A stretch of DNA of 64,000 nucleotides, from NCBI GenBank assembly GCA_036507075.1, contig DASXQR010000048.1:1-64000 (forward strand), read 5' to 3'. The position numbers were made by a program, and so were the translations under genes. The stretch is from Acidobacteriota bacterium (GTDB lineage: Bacteria > Acidobacteriota > UBA6911 > JACQSX01). The notes beneath the pieces are model-generated. The model saw only the letters and a list, made by a program, of their open reading frames with translations, was not told where the DNA came from and ran no database searches. This document shows positions 1 through 9,810 of the stretch, one piece after another. The stretch's first letter is position 1. Every line of letters begins with the position of its first letter.

Positions 1-236
1 CCGAAACGAGCGCTGTGGCGCTCGTTTCGGAGCGACGATTCCAAAAGTGAGTCAGGGACGGCTTTAGTGAAGAATCCTGCTCACCACCGGGGCAAGCCCG
101 GTGGCGTCGATTTTTTTCATACCTTCTATGAGCTGGGGCCCTTTGTGATCCGTCGAAGCCGTAAATGAAGGAAATACGCGGGTTTTCATTTAACTTAAAA
201 TAATAGTATTTGCTATATAGTAGATTGGCCCAATTA

Positions 237-386
237 CTACTTGCCGTCTAGTAAATCAGCCCTTTCCTCCTCCGCCCTGCTTTTCCGATATTCCCTCAGA
301 ATATCGGTCCCCTTACGGCCGCCTTTCAAAACAAAAAAAGCTATCAACAGCAGTATCACGACCCAGATTGCGAGGATAGTTTCCAT
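237..386 (-). CDS. Small putative single-pass membrane protein (49 aa)
   Basis: ATG at 386 follows a purine-rich AAGGAAGAG. METILAIWVVILLLIAFFVLKGGRK gives a hydrophobic helix then a basic tail. Divergent from the M16 gene. Confidence 0.4.
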   Translation of the reverse strand: METILAIWVVILLLIAFFVLKGGRKGTDILREYRKSRAEEERADLLDGK

Positions 387-477
387 CTCTTCCTTCCCAA
401 CTCCAGCATGAGCCTGGCTTGTCCGGATGCTCCACAAATCGGCCGACCTTTCGACGGACCCGGCGCCAGCGAAATGA

Positions 478-3327
478 ATGCGAAATGATATACTTTACCG
501 CGGAGATTCATCTTTGGTTTTGGCAAAAGTTGTACGCCGCTTTATCCGCTGGATACCGGTGGCAGCCGGTGTCCTTTGCCTCCCATTCCTTGCCGGCCAG
601 GAGCGCCGGACGAGCCCACCCATTTCCAGGAGTCGAATGGTGCCCGAATACATGAAGGCCTACCGGTCCCGCTCGGATGAGAAAACCCTCGTGCGTGCCG
701 TATTAAAGAACGGAATCACTGTCATTGTCGAGGAGTATCCGGCGCAGCCTGTCGCATGCATCGGAACCTACGTGAATGCCGGGTACTTTGATGAGACAGA
801 CGACATCGTGGGCATATCCCATGTGCTCGAGCACATGTTTTTCAAGGGGACGACCAAGCGGGGCCTGGGCAAGATTGCCCGCGACACCAGAGCGCTGGGC
901 GGGATTCTCAATGCCAGCACGATTTACGACCGTACCTGGTATTACTCCGTTGTTCCTTCCGAGGGCCTGAAAAAGGCGATGGAAATTCAGGCGGATGCCC
1001 TGCAGCACAGCCTCCTGGATGCCGCAGAGCTCAGGAAAGAGCTGCAAGTCATCATCCAGGAGGCCAGGCGCAAGCTGGATAGTCCTGGAGCCTTTTCGAC
1101 GGAAAAACTGCTTCAGCTTGCATTCGAAAAACATCCGATGCGCCGCTGGCGCATCGGGACGGAAGAGGGCTTGCGCTCGATCACCCGTGAAAAGCTGGAT
1201 AACTTCTATCGGAGTCTTTACAGCCCGGACCGCATCACGCTGGTTATTGTCGGCGACGTGATGCGCGATGATGTGCTCGAAAAGGTGGCCGAACTGTATG
1301 CACCCTTCCAGCGGCCTTCGGTGGCGTCTATTGCCCTGCCCGAGGAACCGGGCCAAAACTCGCTGCGATACGGCAACGCCCGTGGGGACGTGCAGCAGAG
1401 CTATGTGGTTTTTGGTTTCCACACGGTTGCTCCGGACCACCCCGATTATCTTCCGCTGCTTGTTCTGTCTCAGGTGCTGGGCGCCGGCCGCGGTTCGATT
1501 TTTTACCAGCAACTAGTGGAACGGCAGAGGCTGCTAGACAGTTACGACGTGTACCAGATGAGCTTTCGAGGAGTGGGAATGTTCGTGATCAGCGCGGCTT
1601 TTGAACCGGAGAAAGTCGACCGTGTCGAACCTGGAGTGCTGGCGGAAGTGGAAATGGTTCGCAAGCGTGAACTGGAACCGGTGGAGCTGGAGCGCGCCTT
1701 TACGCTGCTGGAGCGGCAGTATTATCGCGCTCTGGAAGACTGCCAGTCGCGCGCCGAGCATCTGGGACATTATCAGGCGATCCTTGGCGACTATCGAGAG
1801 CGCGATAAGTTCGTCGCGAAGGCCCGCCTCGTGACGCCTGGTCAGATCCAGGCGGCCGCTGAAAAGTACCTCAAGCTTGAGAATCTCAGCATTTTCGAGT
1901 ACGAGCCTCGCAGCGCTCCACCACGGACCTTCGATGCGGCCGCTTTGAAATCAGCGCTTGATCAAAAAATTCCGCTTGCGGTTCAGAAGCGCAAGTCGGA
2001 GGGTGACGCCGGCCTGTCGGCGGGTGAGAGCGGAAAATCGTACGCAAGCTTTGTTTCCGATTTCAAACGCTATCCACTGCTCCATACCTCCGTTCTGCGA
2101 GGTCCGGAGGTGTATTACAAAGAAAACCACACGGTTCCTCTGGTCGACATTGCATTTCTTTATCCCGGCGGAAGGCTCGACGAGAGCGAAAAGAACAGCG
2201 GGATCACCGAGCTGGCCTTAAACATCGCTGCGCGTGAGAGCGATCATTACCGCGACGGGTCCCTGTCACTCGCCCTGGAACGTCTTGGGGGAACGCTTCA
2301 TACGGTAAACGCTCCGGACTACTGCGGATTTACTCTCTCCATCCTCTCGCGCAATCTGGCCCAGGGCGTGCGGTTGCTGGGTGAAGTCATCCAGAAACCA
2401 TTGTTCCGTGACGAGACCGTCGATCGGGAAAAGCAGTTGCAACTGGCTCAACTGAAACGAATCCGCGAAAACAATCTCGCTTATCCGTTGCAACTCTGCC
2501 GGGAAGCCCTGTTCAAGCCGCATCCCTACGGATATTCCGCGCTCGGAACCGAAGCGGGCGTTAACGCTCTCACGTCCGCGCAGGTGGACAAGTGGTTTAA
2601 GGAAAACATCACCCAGATCAAGCCGGTGGTGGTGATGGTAGGCGATATTCGGGGCACTTCAGTGGTGGAGGAATTTGCGCGGGATTTCAGCGGAAGCCGC
2701 TTCAAAGAAAAATCGGCTCCCAAACGGGCGCTGGCGCCCCTGGAAGGAGTTCGGGAACGAACCGAACAGCGAGAAGTGAAGCAGACAGCGACTGCACTGG
2801 GATTTAATGGCCCCGCCTTCAGCGACAGAGACAGCGAGGTGCTGGATGTAATTCGAAACATGGTGAGCGGCATGGGGGGTAGATTTTTTGAAGAGTTGCG
2901 CGACCGGCAGGGCCTCGCTTACACCGTCACGGTTCTGAGCGAGAAAAACCGCCTGGGGGGCGCCATCTACGCTTATATTGCCACCAGCCCGGAAAACGCG
3001 CAACGCGCTCAATCCGGGCTGCTCAATCAGTTCGCCCGATTCATGCAGGAACCGATCCGCGATGAGGAATATTACCGTGCCCTGAACGCAACGATCGGCA
3101 GCCACCTGATTGCGCTTCAGTCCAGGCGCGCCTATCTGAACGAGGTGGCGCGATATGTTCTCTTCGGGATCGAAGTCGAAGAGCTGAACGATTATCCGGC
3201 GCGCATAAAGTCCATCACCATCGAGGACATCAAATCGGCAGCGCGGAAATATTTCACCACGAACACCTATGCGACCGGCACCGTGAGAGCGGTAACGGCA
3301 CCCAGCCCGGCCGCCGCCGCGCATTGA
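478..3327 (+). CDS. M16 family (insulinase/pitrilysin-like) zinc protease, fused two-module form, probably exported
   Basis: 949 aa ORF with inverted zinc motif HVLEH(MFFKGT), LNAST, and C-terminal RFFEELRDRQGLAY; hydrophobic N-terminal segment. Confidence 0.92.
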   Translation: MRNDILYRGDSSLVLAKVVRRFIRWIPVAAGVLCLPFLAGQERRTSPPISRSRMVPEYMKAYRSRSDEKTLVRAVLKNGITVIVEEYPAQPVACIGTYVNAGYFDETDDIVGISHVLEHMFFKGTTKRGLGKIARDTRALGGILNASTIYDRTWYYSVVPSEGLKKAMEIQADALQHSLLDAAELRKELQVIIQEARRKLDSPGAFSTEKLLQLAFEKHPMRRWRIGTEEGLRSITREKLDNFYRSLYSPDRITLVIVGDVMRDDVLEKVAELYAPFQRPSVASIALPEEPGQNSLRYGNARGDVQQSYVVFGFHTVAPDHPDYLPLLVLSQVLGAGRGSIFYQQLVERQRLLDSYDVYQMSFRGVGMFVISAAFEPEKVDRVEPGVLAEVEMVRKRELEPVELERAFTLLERQYYRALEDCQSRAEHLGHYQAILGDYRERDKFVAKARLVTPGQIQAAAEKYLKLENLSIFEYEPRSAPPRTFDAAALKSALDQKIPLAVQKRKSEGDAGLSAGESGKSYASFVSDFKRYPLLHTSVLRGPEVYYKENHTVPLVDIAFLYPGGRLDESEKNSGITELALNIAARESDHYRDGSLSLALERLGGTLHTVNAPDYCGFTLSILSRNLAQGVRLLGEVIQKPLFRDETVDREKQLQLAQLKRIRENNLAYPLQLCREALFKPHPYGYSALGTEAGVNALTSAQVDKWFKENITQIKPVVVMVGDIRGTSVVEEFARDFSGSRFKEKSAPKRALAPLEGVRERTEQREVKQTATALGFNGPAFSDRDSEVLDVIRNMVSGMGGRFFEELRDRQGLAYTVTVLSEKNRLGGAIYAYIATSPENAQRAQSGLLNQFARFMQEPIRDEEYYRALNATIGSHLIALQSRRAYLNEVARYVLFGIEVEELNDYPARIKSITIEDIKSAARKYFTTNTYATGTVRAVTAPSPAAAAH

Positions 3328-3334
3328 GCTGCGT

Positions 3335-3487
3335 CAGTGGTGCGTAGTCAGTGGTCCGTTGTCCGTTGGAGTTTGAAAATCTAAAGTCGAAGGTCAAAGG
3401 TTCTGAATTCGACTTTCGACCTTTGACTTTCGACCTTCAGACTTCAACGGACAACGGACGACTGACTACGGACCACTGACAATGACT
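3335..3487. repeat. Nested palindromic element: outer arms of 7-mer tandem units (GTCCGTT/GTCAGTG vs ACAACGG/CACTGAC), inner arms of AAGTCGA/TCGACTT-type 7-mers
   Basis: Arms read directly and are approximate reverse complements. Confidence 0.85.
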
Positions 3488-3535
3488 GGAGAGTCCGCTT
3501 GCTTACGCGCGCGGTTCGGACGTCGGTGAACGCAC

Positions 3536-3617
3536 ACTCTCCCGGTCCCGCTCCCCCACTCTCCCGCTCTCCCGCTCTCCCGCTCTCCCGCTCTCCCGCT
3601 CTCCCGCTCTCCCCTCT
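3536..3617. repeat. 8-mer tandem repeat (CTCCCGCT)n upstream of manC
   Basis: Run of ctctcccg units visible directly. Confidence 0.9.
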
Positions 3618-3658
3618 CAGATCATGTTATATTCCACATCGTTAACGCACGATTTCAG

Positions 3659-4738
3659 ATGAAGAAAAAACACTGGCACGCGGTGATCATGGCAGGCGGG
3701 TCGGGTACCCGCTTTTGGCCCAAGAGCAGGCAATCGCGTCCCAAACAGCTTCTGCCGATCGTCGGAGAAGAATCGATGATCCGGCAAACATTCCTTAGAC
3801 TGAAGGGTTTCCTTCCTCCCTCGCAAATCTGGATTGTTGCCGGCCAGGATCATGTGGCGCTCATCCGCAAGCAGATTCCCGAACTTCCACCGGCCCACGT
3901 CATTGCCGAACCCTGCGCCCGTAATACCGCGCCCTGTGTGGCTCTGGCGGGTTTTACCATTGCGGCCGACCCGGACTCGATCATGTTCGTACTGCCGGCC
4001 GATCACATGATCCGGGACCACAAAGGCCTTCATCAGAATCTGACAGCGGCGGCAGCGGTGGCCAGCCGTCATGACGCGCTGGTCACGTTTGGAATCCAAC
4101 CAACGTTCGCCGCAACCGGTTACGGCTATCTGGAACTGGAAACGCAGTCAAGCGCCGTGAATGGAATCTCGTACCACCGCCTGCGGCGCTTCATCGAAAA
4201 GCCGGACGAAGGTACGGCCAAGCGTTACATCGCAAGCGGAAATTATCTTTGGAACAGCGGCATGTTCGTTTGGAAGTTTGGCCGCATTCTGGAGAGCTTC
4301 CGGCGCTTCATGCCCGAAGTCCACGCCGGCCTCAGTGGGATTGACTGGAAGCGACCACGGCGCGCGCGCGCCGAACTTCGAAAGGTCTACCCGCAACTGC
4401 AGTCGCTCTCCATTGATTACGGAATTATGGAGAAGGCCGGCGAAGTCTACGCCATGCGAACGACATTTAACTGGAGTGACGTGGGCAGTTGGGACGCAGT
4501 GGCGCCCTTCCTTCCCCGGGACCAGGCGGGCAATGTGTCACGCGACAAATTGATCCCCGTCGATTCGCGTGATTTAATCGTGGACGCCCCCGGAAAGCTG
4601 GTCGCCGCGATCGGCGTCCGGGATCTGATCATTGTGGATACTGAAGACGCGCTCCTGATCTGCGAAAAATCCCGCGCGCAAGACGTCAGAAAAGTTACCG
4701 AACAACTGAAATTGAGAAGGTTAAAACGCTACTTATGA
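3659..4738 (+). CDS. manC: Mannose-1-phosphate guanylyltransferase
   Basis: MAGGSGTRFWPKSR..PKQ, EPCARNTAP, PADH, FIEKPD, WNSGMF, SIDYGIME and WSDVGSW motifs. Confidence 0.95.
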   Translation: MKKKHWHAVIMAGGSGTRFWPKSRQSRPKQLLPIVGEESMIRQTFLRLKGFLPPSQIWIVAGQDHVALIRKQIPELPPAHVIAEPCARNTAPCVALAGFTIAADPDSIMFVLPADHMIRDHKGLHQNLTAAAAVASRHDALVTFGIQPTFAATGYGYLELETQSSAVNGISYHRLRRFIEKPDEGTAKRYIASGNYLWNSGMFVWKFGRILESFRRFMPEVHAGLSGIDWKRPRRARAELRKVYPQLQSLSIDYGIMEKAGEVYAMRTTFNWSDVGSWDAVAPFLPRDQAGNVSRDKLIPVDSRDLIVDAPGKLVAAIGVRDLIIVDTEDALLICEKSRAQDVRKVTEQLKLRRLKRYL

Positions 4739-5817
4739 CAAATTCCGCCGCTGCCGCCATCCGGCTGCTGGACGATGTGCGGGCCATGGATCGCATCGAT
4801 CGAAGCGGGATGCTTGATCTGCTGGCCCGGTTTCCGGATCAGATTCTGCAGGCGGACCAACTGGGCGAAGCGTTCACCTTCGATGCTACCGCGCCGCTGC
4901 GCAACGTGCTGATCACGGGGCTGGGAGGAAGCGCCATCGGCGGAGAAATCGTCCAGGCGCTCACCGCCGGCCATGCCGCCGTACCGGTGCTGGTGAACCG
5001 GGACTATCAACTTCCCGCATTTGTCGGAAAAGAGACGCTGCTGGTGGCATGCAGCTACTCGGGCAATACCGAGGAAACGCTGGCCGCCTACCAATCCGCC
5101 GCGTGCAGCGGCGCGCAGCGTGTTGCCATCACCAGCGGCGGGAAGCTCCGCGACCTGGCGCGGCGTGACGGGGCGGCGGTGCTCGAAATTCCAGGCGGAA
5201 ACCCTCCACGAACGGCGATCGCCTACTGTGTGTTTCCGCTGTTGTGGATCTTGCATCGAACCGGCATCTGCCAAATGCAGTCCGAGACCGCCCGCGTTGC
5301 CGCAGCCGGCGCCCGGGAAATGCAGCAAAAATGCGATCCGGGGGTTCCGGCGCCGGACAATCCGGCCAAACACATCGCGCTCCAGCTTCAGGGGAAGCTT
5401 GCCGTTATTTACGCTCCTGCTGCCCCCTTGGGCGCCGTCGGCACGCGCTGGAAGGGACAACTCTCAGAGAATGCAAAGTCGCTGGCTTTGCAGAATGTAC
5501 TTCCGGAGATGAATCACAATGAAATCGTGGGGTGGAAACACCCCGAATGGATTCGTAATGCCTTCGTGATTTGCCTTCGCGACAAAGAAGAGCACCCACA
5601 AGTCGGAAAACGCTTTGATTTTCTGGAGGAACGACTGCAGCGTACCGGTGTGACGGTGGAACAGCTTTGGGGACGGGGTGATCTTCTGGCAAGCAGGATC
5701 TTTTCTCTCATCACGCTGGGCGACTACGCCAGCGTCTATCTCGCCTTCCTGTATCAAGAGGACCCGACTCCGGTGGAAGTGATTGAGGAATTGAAACAGA
5801 AGCTGAAAGGAGCCTGA
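4735..5817 (+). CDS. Bifunctional phosphoglucose/phosphomannose isomerase (SIS-domain PGI/PMI family)
   Basis: GLGGSAIGG, SYSGNTEET, TSGG, ENAK, PEMNHNEI, DPTPVEVI..LK; overlaps the manC stop codon. Confidence 0.92.
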   Translation: MTNSAAAAIRLLDDVRAMDRIDRSGMLDLLARFPDQILQADQLGEAFTFDATAPLRNVLITGLGGSAIGGEIVQALTAGHAAVPVLVNRDYQLPAFVGKETLLVACSYSGNTEETLAAYQSAACSGAQRVAITSGGKLRDLARRDGAAVLEIPGGNPPRTAIAYCVFPLLWILHRTGICQMQSETARVAAAGAREMQQKCDPGVPAPDNPAKHIALQLQGKLAVIYAPAAPLGAVGTRWKGQLSENAKSLALQNVLPEMNHNEIVGWKHPEWIRNAFVICLRDKEEHPQVGKRFDFLEERLQRTGVTVEQLWGRGDLLASRIFSLITLGDYASVYLAFLYQEDPTPVEVIEELKQKLKGA

Positions 5818-7172
5818 TGAACAACGCGATCTTTCGGGAGTACGACATCCGAGGCGTGGCCGACCGGGACCTGACGGATGAAGTCGTGAGCAACATCGGA
5901 AGGGCGTTTGGCAGCCGGCTGGCAGGCAAGGGAAAGAAGACGGTCACTGTAGGCCGCGACTGCCGTCTGAGCTCCGATCGCATCCGCGATGCCATGGTAC
6001 GGGGCCTTCAGGATGCGGGCTTGAACGTCACTGACATCGGCGTTGTGGCAACGCCGGTTCTTTATTTTTCGCTCTACCGGTTGAATCCCGACGGCGGAGT
6101 GATGATCACCGGCAGCCACAATCCCGCCGACCAGAACGGGCTGAAATTGTGCGACGGGAAGGAGGCACTGCACGGACCGGAGATACAGGAGATTCGCGAG
6201 GCGATCGAGAAGCAGCAGTATTCAAAAGGCAGCGGTTCGGTCACATCAAAGGAACTTTTGCCCGATTACAAAAAGATGCTGATCGAGAAATTCTCTCTTG
6301 CGCGCCCGGTAAAGGTGGTTGTTGACTGCGGTAACGGAACTTCTTCAACCGTGATTGCCGAAGTGCTGCAGAAGCTGGGATGCCAGACCACGGCCTTGTT
6401 TTGTGAAATGGACGGCCATTTTCCAAACCATCATCCGGACCCGACTCAGAAGGAGAATCTCCGGGATCTGATCGCGCGCGTTGCCGCCGAAAAAGCGGAA
6501 GTCGGGATCGCACTCGATGGAGACGCCGACCGGATCGGAGCGATCGATGACAGAGGCAATATCTTGTGGGGCGATCAGTTGCTGATCCTGTATTCCCGAA
6601 AAATTCTGGAGCAAAGGCCCGGAGCAACGATCATTTCAGAAGTGAAATGCTCGCAGACCTTGTTCGATGATATCGAGAAACACGGCGGCCGCGCGATTAT
6701 GTGGAAAGCGGGGCACTCGCTGATCAAAGCAAAGATGAAAGAGGAAAAGGCGGCGGCTGCCGGTGAAATGAGCGGCCACATGTTTTTTGCGGACCGCTAC
6801 TACGGGTACGACGACGCCATGTATGCGGCATGCCGGCTGCTGGAAATCATCGCTTCCGCAAATCAGCCGCTGTCGGCCATGCTGTCGGATGTCCCGAAAA
6901 TGTTCAGCACGCCGGAAATTCGGGTGGATACGGATGATTCCAAGAAATTCAGGACAGTAGAAGAAGCGACGAAATATTTTTCCGCCCATTACAAGACAAT
7001 TACAGTAGACGGCGTTCGCATTCTCTTTGACGACGGCGCCTGGGGCTTGATCCGCGCATCCAATACGCAACCAGCGCTGGTCTTGCGCTTCGAGGCCAAG
7101 AGCGAACAGCGGCTCGAAGAAATAAAAAAGCTGGTGAACGACAAGCTGAAGGAAATCTCAGCCTTGGCTTAA
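5817..7172 (+). CDS. Phosphomannomutase/phosphoglucomutase
   Basis: FREYDIRG, ITGSHNP (phospho-Ser loop), DGDADR metal loop, GEMSGH, RASNTQP. Confidence 0.95.
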   Translation: MNNAIFREYDIRGVADRDLTDEVVSNIGRAFGSRLAGKGKKTVTVGRDCRLSSDRIRDAMVRGLQDAGLNVTDIGVVATPVLYFSLYRLNPDGGVMITGSHNPADQNGLKLCDGKEALHGPEIQEIREAIEKQQYSKGSGSVTSKELLPDYKKMLIEKFSLARPVKVVVDCGNGTSSTVIAEVLQKLGCQTTALFCEMDGHFPNHHPDPTQKENLRDLIARVAAEKAEVGIALDGDADRIGAIDDRGNILWGDQLLILYSRKILEQRPGATIISEVKCSQTLFDDIEKHGGRAIMWKAGHSLIKAKMKEEKAAAAGEMSGHMFFADRYYGYDDAMYAACRLLEIIASANQPLSAMLSDVPKMFSTPEIRVDTDDSKKFRTVEEATKYFSAHYKTITVDGVRILFDDGAWGLIRASNTQPALVLRFEAKSEQRLEEIKKLVNDKLKEISALA

Positions 7173-7239
7173 TTCTTTGTGTCCTTTGTGCCTTCGTGGT
7201 GGAAGGGAAGGGCACCACAAAGGCACAAAGAACACAAAC
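7173..7239. repeat. 9-mer-unit inverted repeat (CTTTGTGTC.. / ACCACAAAG..)
   Basis: ctttgtgtcctttgtgccttcgtggt ... accacaaaggcacaaagaacacaaa. Confidence 0.85.
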
Positions 7240-7248
7240 GTGGGACTT

Positions 7249-8085
7249 ATGAAGATTTCCGCAGAAAAATGGCAGGCCTACGGCAATGACTACATCGTCG
7301 TGGCCGGGGATCTGGAGCAGCCGGTTCATCTCTCCAGCCTCGCCGTGGCCATTTGTGACCGGCATCAGGGCGCCGGTGCCGACGGCATTGTGGCTTATGA
7401 TCGGGTCAGCGCCAGCGTGCACTGCAGGATCTTTAATCCTGACGGGAGCGAAGCCGAAATGAGCGGAAACGGCCTTCGCTGCCTGGCCGGCTTTCTCAAG
7501 GAGCGCCTGCCGGCGGAAAAAGTTTTTCTGCTCAATACAACCGTCGGCGTGCGTACTCTTACATTCTTACGCGAAGAAGAACCCTCGCTCTGGTTTCGCG
7601 CCGACATGGGGCAACCCGATTTCAATCCTGCCGCTCTGCCGGCCGAAGTCGAGGGCGAAACAGCGCTGCGGTACCCGGTGCATGTGGGCGGCGGCAAGAT
7701 AGAAGTCAACCTGGTCTCGCTCGGGAATCCGCATTGCGTTGTGATACTGCCGGATCTCTTTCCGGAGGAATGGCCTCTTCTCGGTCCAAAGCTGGAGTCG
7801 CACCAGATTTTTCCCAGGCGAACCAACGTCGAATTCGTAAAGGTGCTCAACTCGCACAGCATCGAAGTTCGGATCTGGGAGCGCGGCGTAGGTAAGACTT
7901 TCTCGTCCGGCACCGGATCAAGCGCCTCGGCGGCAGTCGCCATCCGTCTTGATCTGGCGAAAAGCCCGGTCCGCGTGTACACAGAACGAGGCGAGTTGAC
8001 CGTGGAATGGGAGCCGGGACAGAGCATCTTCCTGGAGGGCCCCACCATCAAAGTCTGGTCCGGAGAATTTTATTGGCAGACATAG
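7249..8085 (+). CDS. dapF: Diaminopimelate epimerase family protein with Ser/Ser in place of the catalytic Cys/Cys
   Basis: GNDY, GADG, FNPDGSEAEMSGNGLRC, DMG.P, GNPHCV, TNVEF, WERGVG.T.SSGTG. Start placed at ATG 7249 because the upstream part of the ORF call is repeat. Confidence 0.88.
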   Translation: MKISAEKWQAYGNDYIVVAGDLEQPVHLSSLAVAICDRHQGAGADGIVAYDRVSASVHCRIFNPDGSEAEMSGNGLRCLAGFLKERLPAEKVFLLNTTVGVRTLTFLREEEPSLWFRADMGQPDFNPAALPAEVEGETALRYPVHVGGGKIEVNLVSLGNPHCVVILPDLFPEEWPLLGPKLESHQIFPRRTNVEFVKVLNSHSIEVRIWERGVGKTFSSGTGSSASAAVAIRLDLAKSPVRVYTERGELTVEWEPGQSIFLEGPTIKVWSGEFYWQT

Positions 8086-8106
8086 TTTCATGCAGCGTGG
8101 ATTCCT

Positions 8107-8355
8107 TCGTGTAACAAGTTGGCAACTTCTTGTTTTTTGGGTAAGGTTTTTCAAAGCCGTGCACGTCCACGAGCACGTGCACGTCAAGGACCACGATTAC
8201 GTTTACGACTTCGCTCGCTTTGTCACAGACTGGCTTTAGAATTGAGGGACTGTGTGTTGTCGTCATCGTGGACCTGAGCCGTGGTCGTTGACGTGCCCGT
8301 GCACGTGAACGTGCACGGCATTTTGGTTGCGGCCTACGGCGCTGCGCCTTTGTGG
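8107..8355 (+). mobile_element. Non-autonomous composite element (family A): GTTGGCAACTTCTTG left end, 6-mer palindromic core, TTTTGGTTGCGGC right end
   Basis: Ends shared with copies at 12320-12660 and 53278-53570; core of CACGTG/GACGTG hexamer arms. Confidence 0.65.
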
Positions 8356-8369
8356 GATCTTTTTAAACA

Positions 8370-9497
8370 TTGAACCGGCTACTAGAACATTCTCAATCCA
8401 GCGCTCCCCGTCTTCTCGCCGAAATTCAGGAACTGGTCTCCATTGAATCTCCATCGCAGGGTCGCCGGCAGGTCAACGCGGCGATGAATTGGGCCGAGAA
8501 AAGGTTGTCGGCAGCAGGGGCCGCCGTCTCACGCATTTCCCAAAAGGAAGCAGGCGACCAGGTAATCGCAAGGATGGGGAAGGGTCCATCCCAAACGCTG
8601 CTTCTGGGGCATTTGGACACGGTTTGGGACGTCGGGCAACTGCAGCGCATGCCCGTAAAAGTGGAAGGGGGAAAGGCATTCGGCCCGGGCATCTTCGATA
8701 TGAAGAGCGGCGCCGTGCTGATGATCGAGCTGTTCCGCATGGCCGCCGGCGGAGTGATCAAACCCCGAACAGCGCTGGCAGCGTTTTTCAATTCCGACGA
8801 GGAAGTGGGCAGTGTCACGTCAAGACCGGCTCTTGAGAAGCTGGCGGCAGAATGCAGCAGCGTGCTGGTGTTTGAGCCTTGCCTGCCGGGTGGGCGCGTG
8901 AAGACTTTCCGCAAGGGCGTGGGTAATTATTCGCTGGAGATCTTTGGCAGGGAGGCGCACGCAGGCATCGATCCGGGCGCCGGAGTGAGCGCCATTGAAG
9001 AATTGGCTCATCAGGTTCTTGCCCTGAAAAAGATGATCGACCGGTTTTCGGGATCGACAATCAATGTAGGTGTGGTCCATGGCGGCACTCGTACCAATGT
9101 GGTTCCCGGTTATCTGAGAGCGGAGCTTGATGTGCGGATTGCTTCAATAAAGGATGGAGAAGCGATTGACCGAAATCTGAAGTCGCTGGGTCCTGTTCTG
9201 CCAGGCGCCAGAATTCAGGTCAGCGGTGGCATTAATCGCCCGCCGCTGGAAAGGTCCGACGGCGTGGTGCAATTGTTCCAGGCGGCCGGCAGTGTGGCGC
9301 AGGAGCAGGGCTGGACGCTGCAGGAAGGGGAGACTGGCGGTGGCAGCGACGGCTCCTTTACGGCCGCTCTCGGAATCCCGACGCTCGACGGCCTGGGTGT
9401 TGACGGGGATGGAGCGCACGCGGTCCACGAGCACATACTGATCGACGACATTCCACGCCGTCTGGCATTGGCGGCGGGGTTGCTGGAAAAGCTCTAG
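8370..9497 (+). CDS. M20 metallopeptidase (glutamate carboxypeptidase-like)
   Basis: GHLDTV, GPGIFDMKSG, SDEEVGS, AHAG, GGGSDG, AHAVHEH. Confidence 0.92.
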   Translation: MNRLLEHSQSSAPRLLAEIQELVSIESPSQGRRQVNAAMNWAEKRLSAAGAAVSRISQKEAGDQVIARMGKGPSQTLLLGHLDTVWDVGQLQRMPVKVEGGKAFGPGIFDMKSGAVLMIELFRMAAGGVIKPRTALAAFFNSDEEVGSVTSRPALEKLAAECSSVLVFEPCLPGGRVKTFRKGVGNYSLEIFGREAHAGIDPGAGVSAIEELAHQVLALKKMIDRFSGSTINVGVVHGGTRTNVVPGYLRAELDVRIASIKDGEAIDRNLKSLGPVLPGARIQVSGGINRPPLERSDGVVQLFQAAGSVAQEQGWTLQEGETGGGSDGSFTAALGIPTLDGLGVDGDGAHAVHEHILIDDIPRRLALAAGLLEKL

Positions 9498-9500
9498 AAT

Positions 9501-9741
9501 AGTCAGTAGTCAGTTGTTCGTTGTCCGTTGTCCGTTGTCAGTTGTCAGTTGTCCGTTGCTCGGTCATAAGTGTGGCGACTTCGAAGTTCAAGCATTAGGC
9601 GCAGACAACGGACAACGGACCATGGACCACGAACAACGAACCACGAACAACGGACCACGGACAACGAACCACGGACAACGAACCACGAACAACGGACCAC
9701 GAACAACGGACCACGAACAACGGACCACGGACCACGGACAA
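9501..9741. repeat. 7-mer tandem inverted-repeat element (GTTGTCC / ACAACGG, ACCACGA)
   Basis: Left arm about 9501-9560; expanded right arm about 9603-9741. Confidence 0.9.
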
Positions 9742-9810
9742 TAGCGTTCTTTTCGCTCTCTCAATCTGATATAAGACTACGCCTTTCACGAACAGCTCGA
9801 GGAGCCGCTC

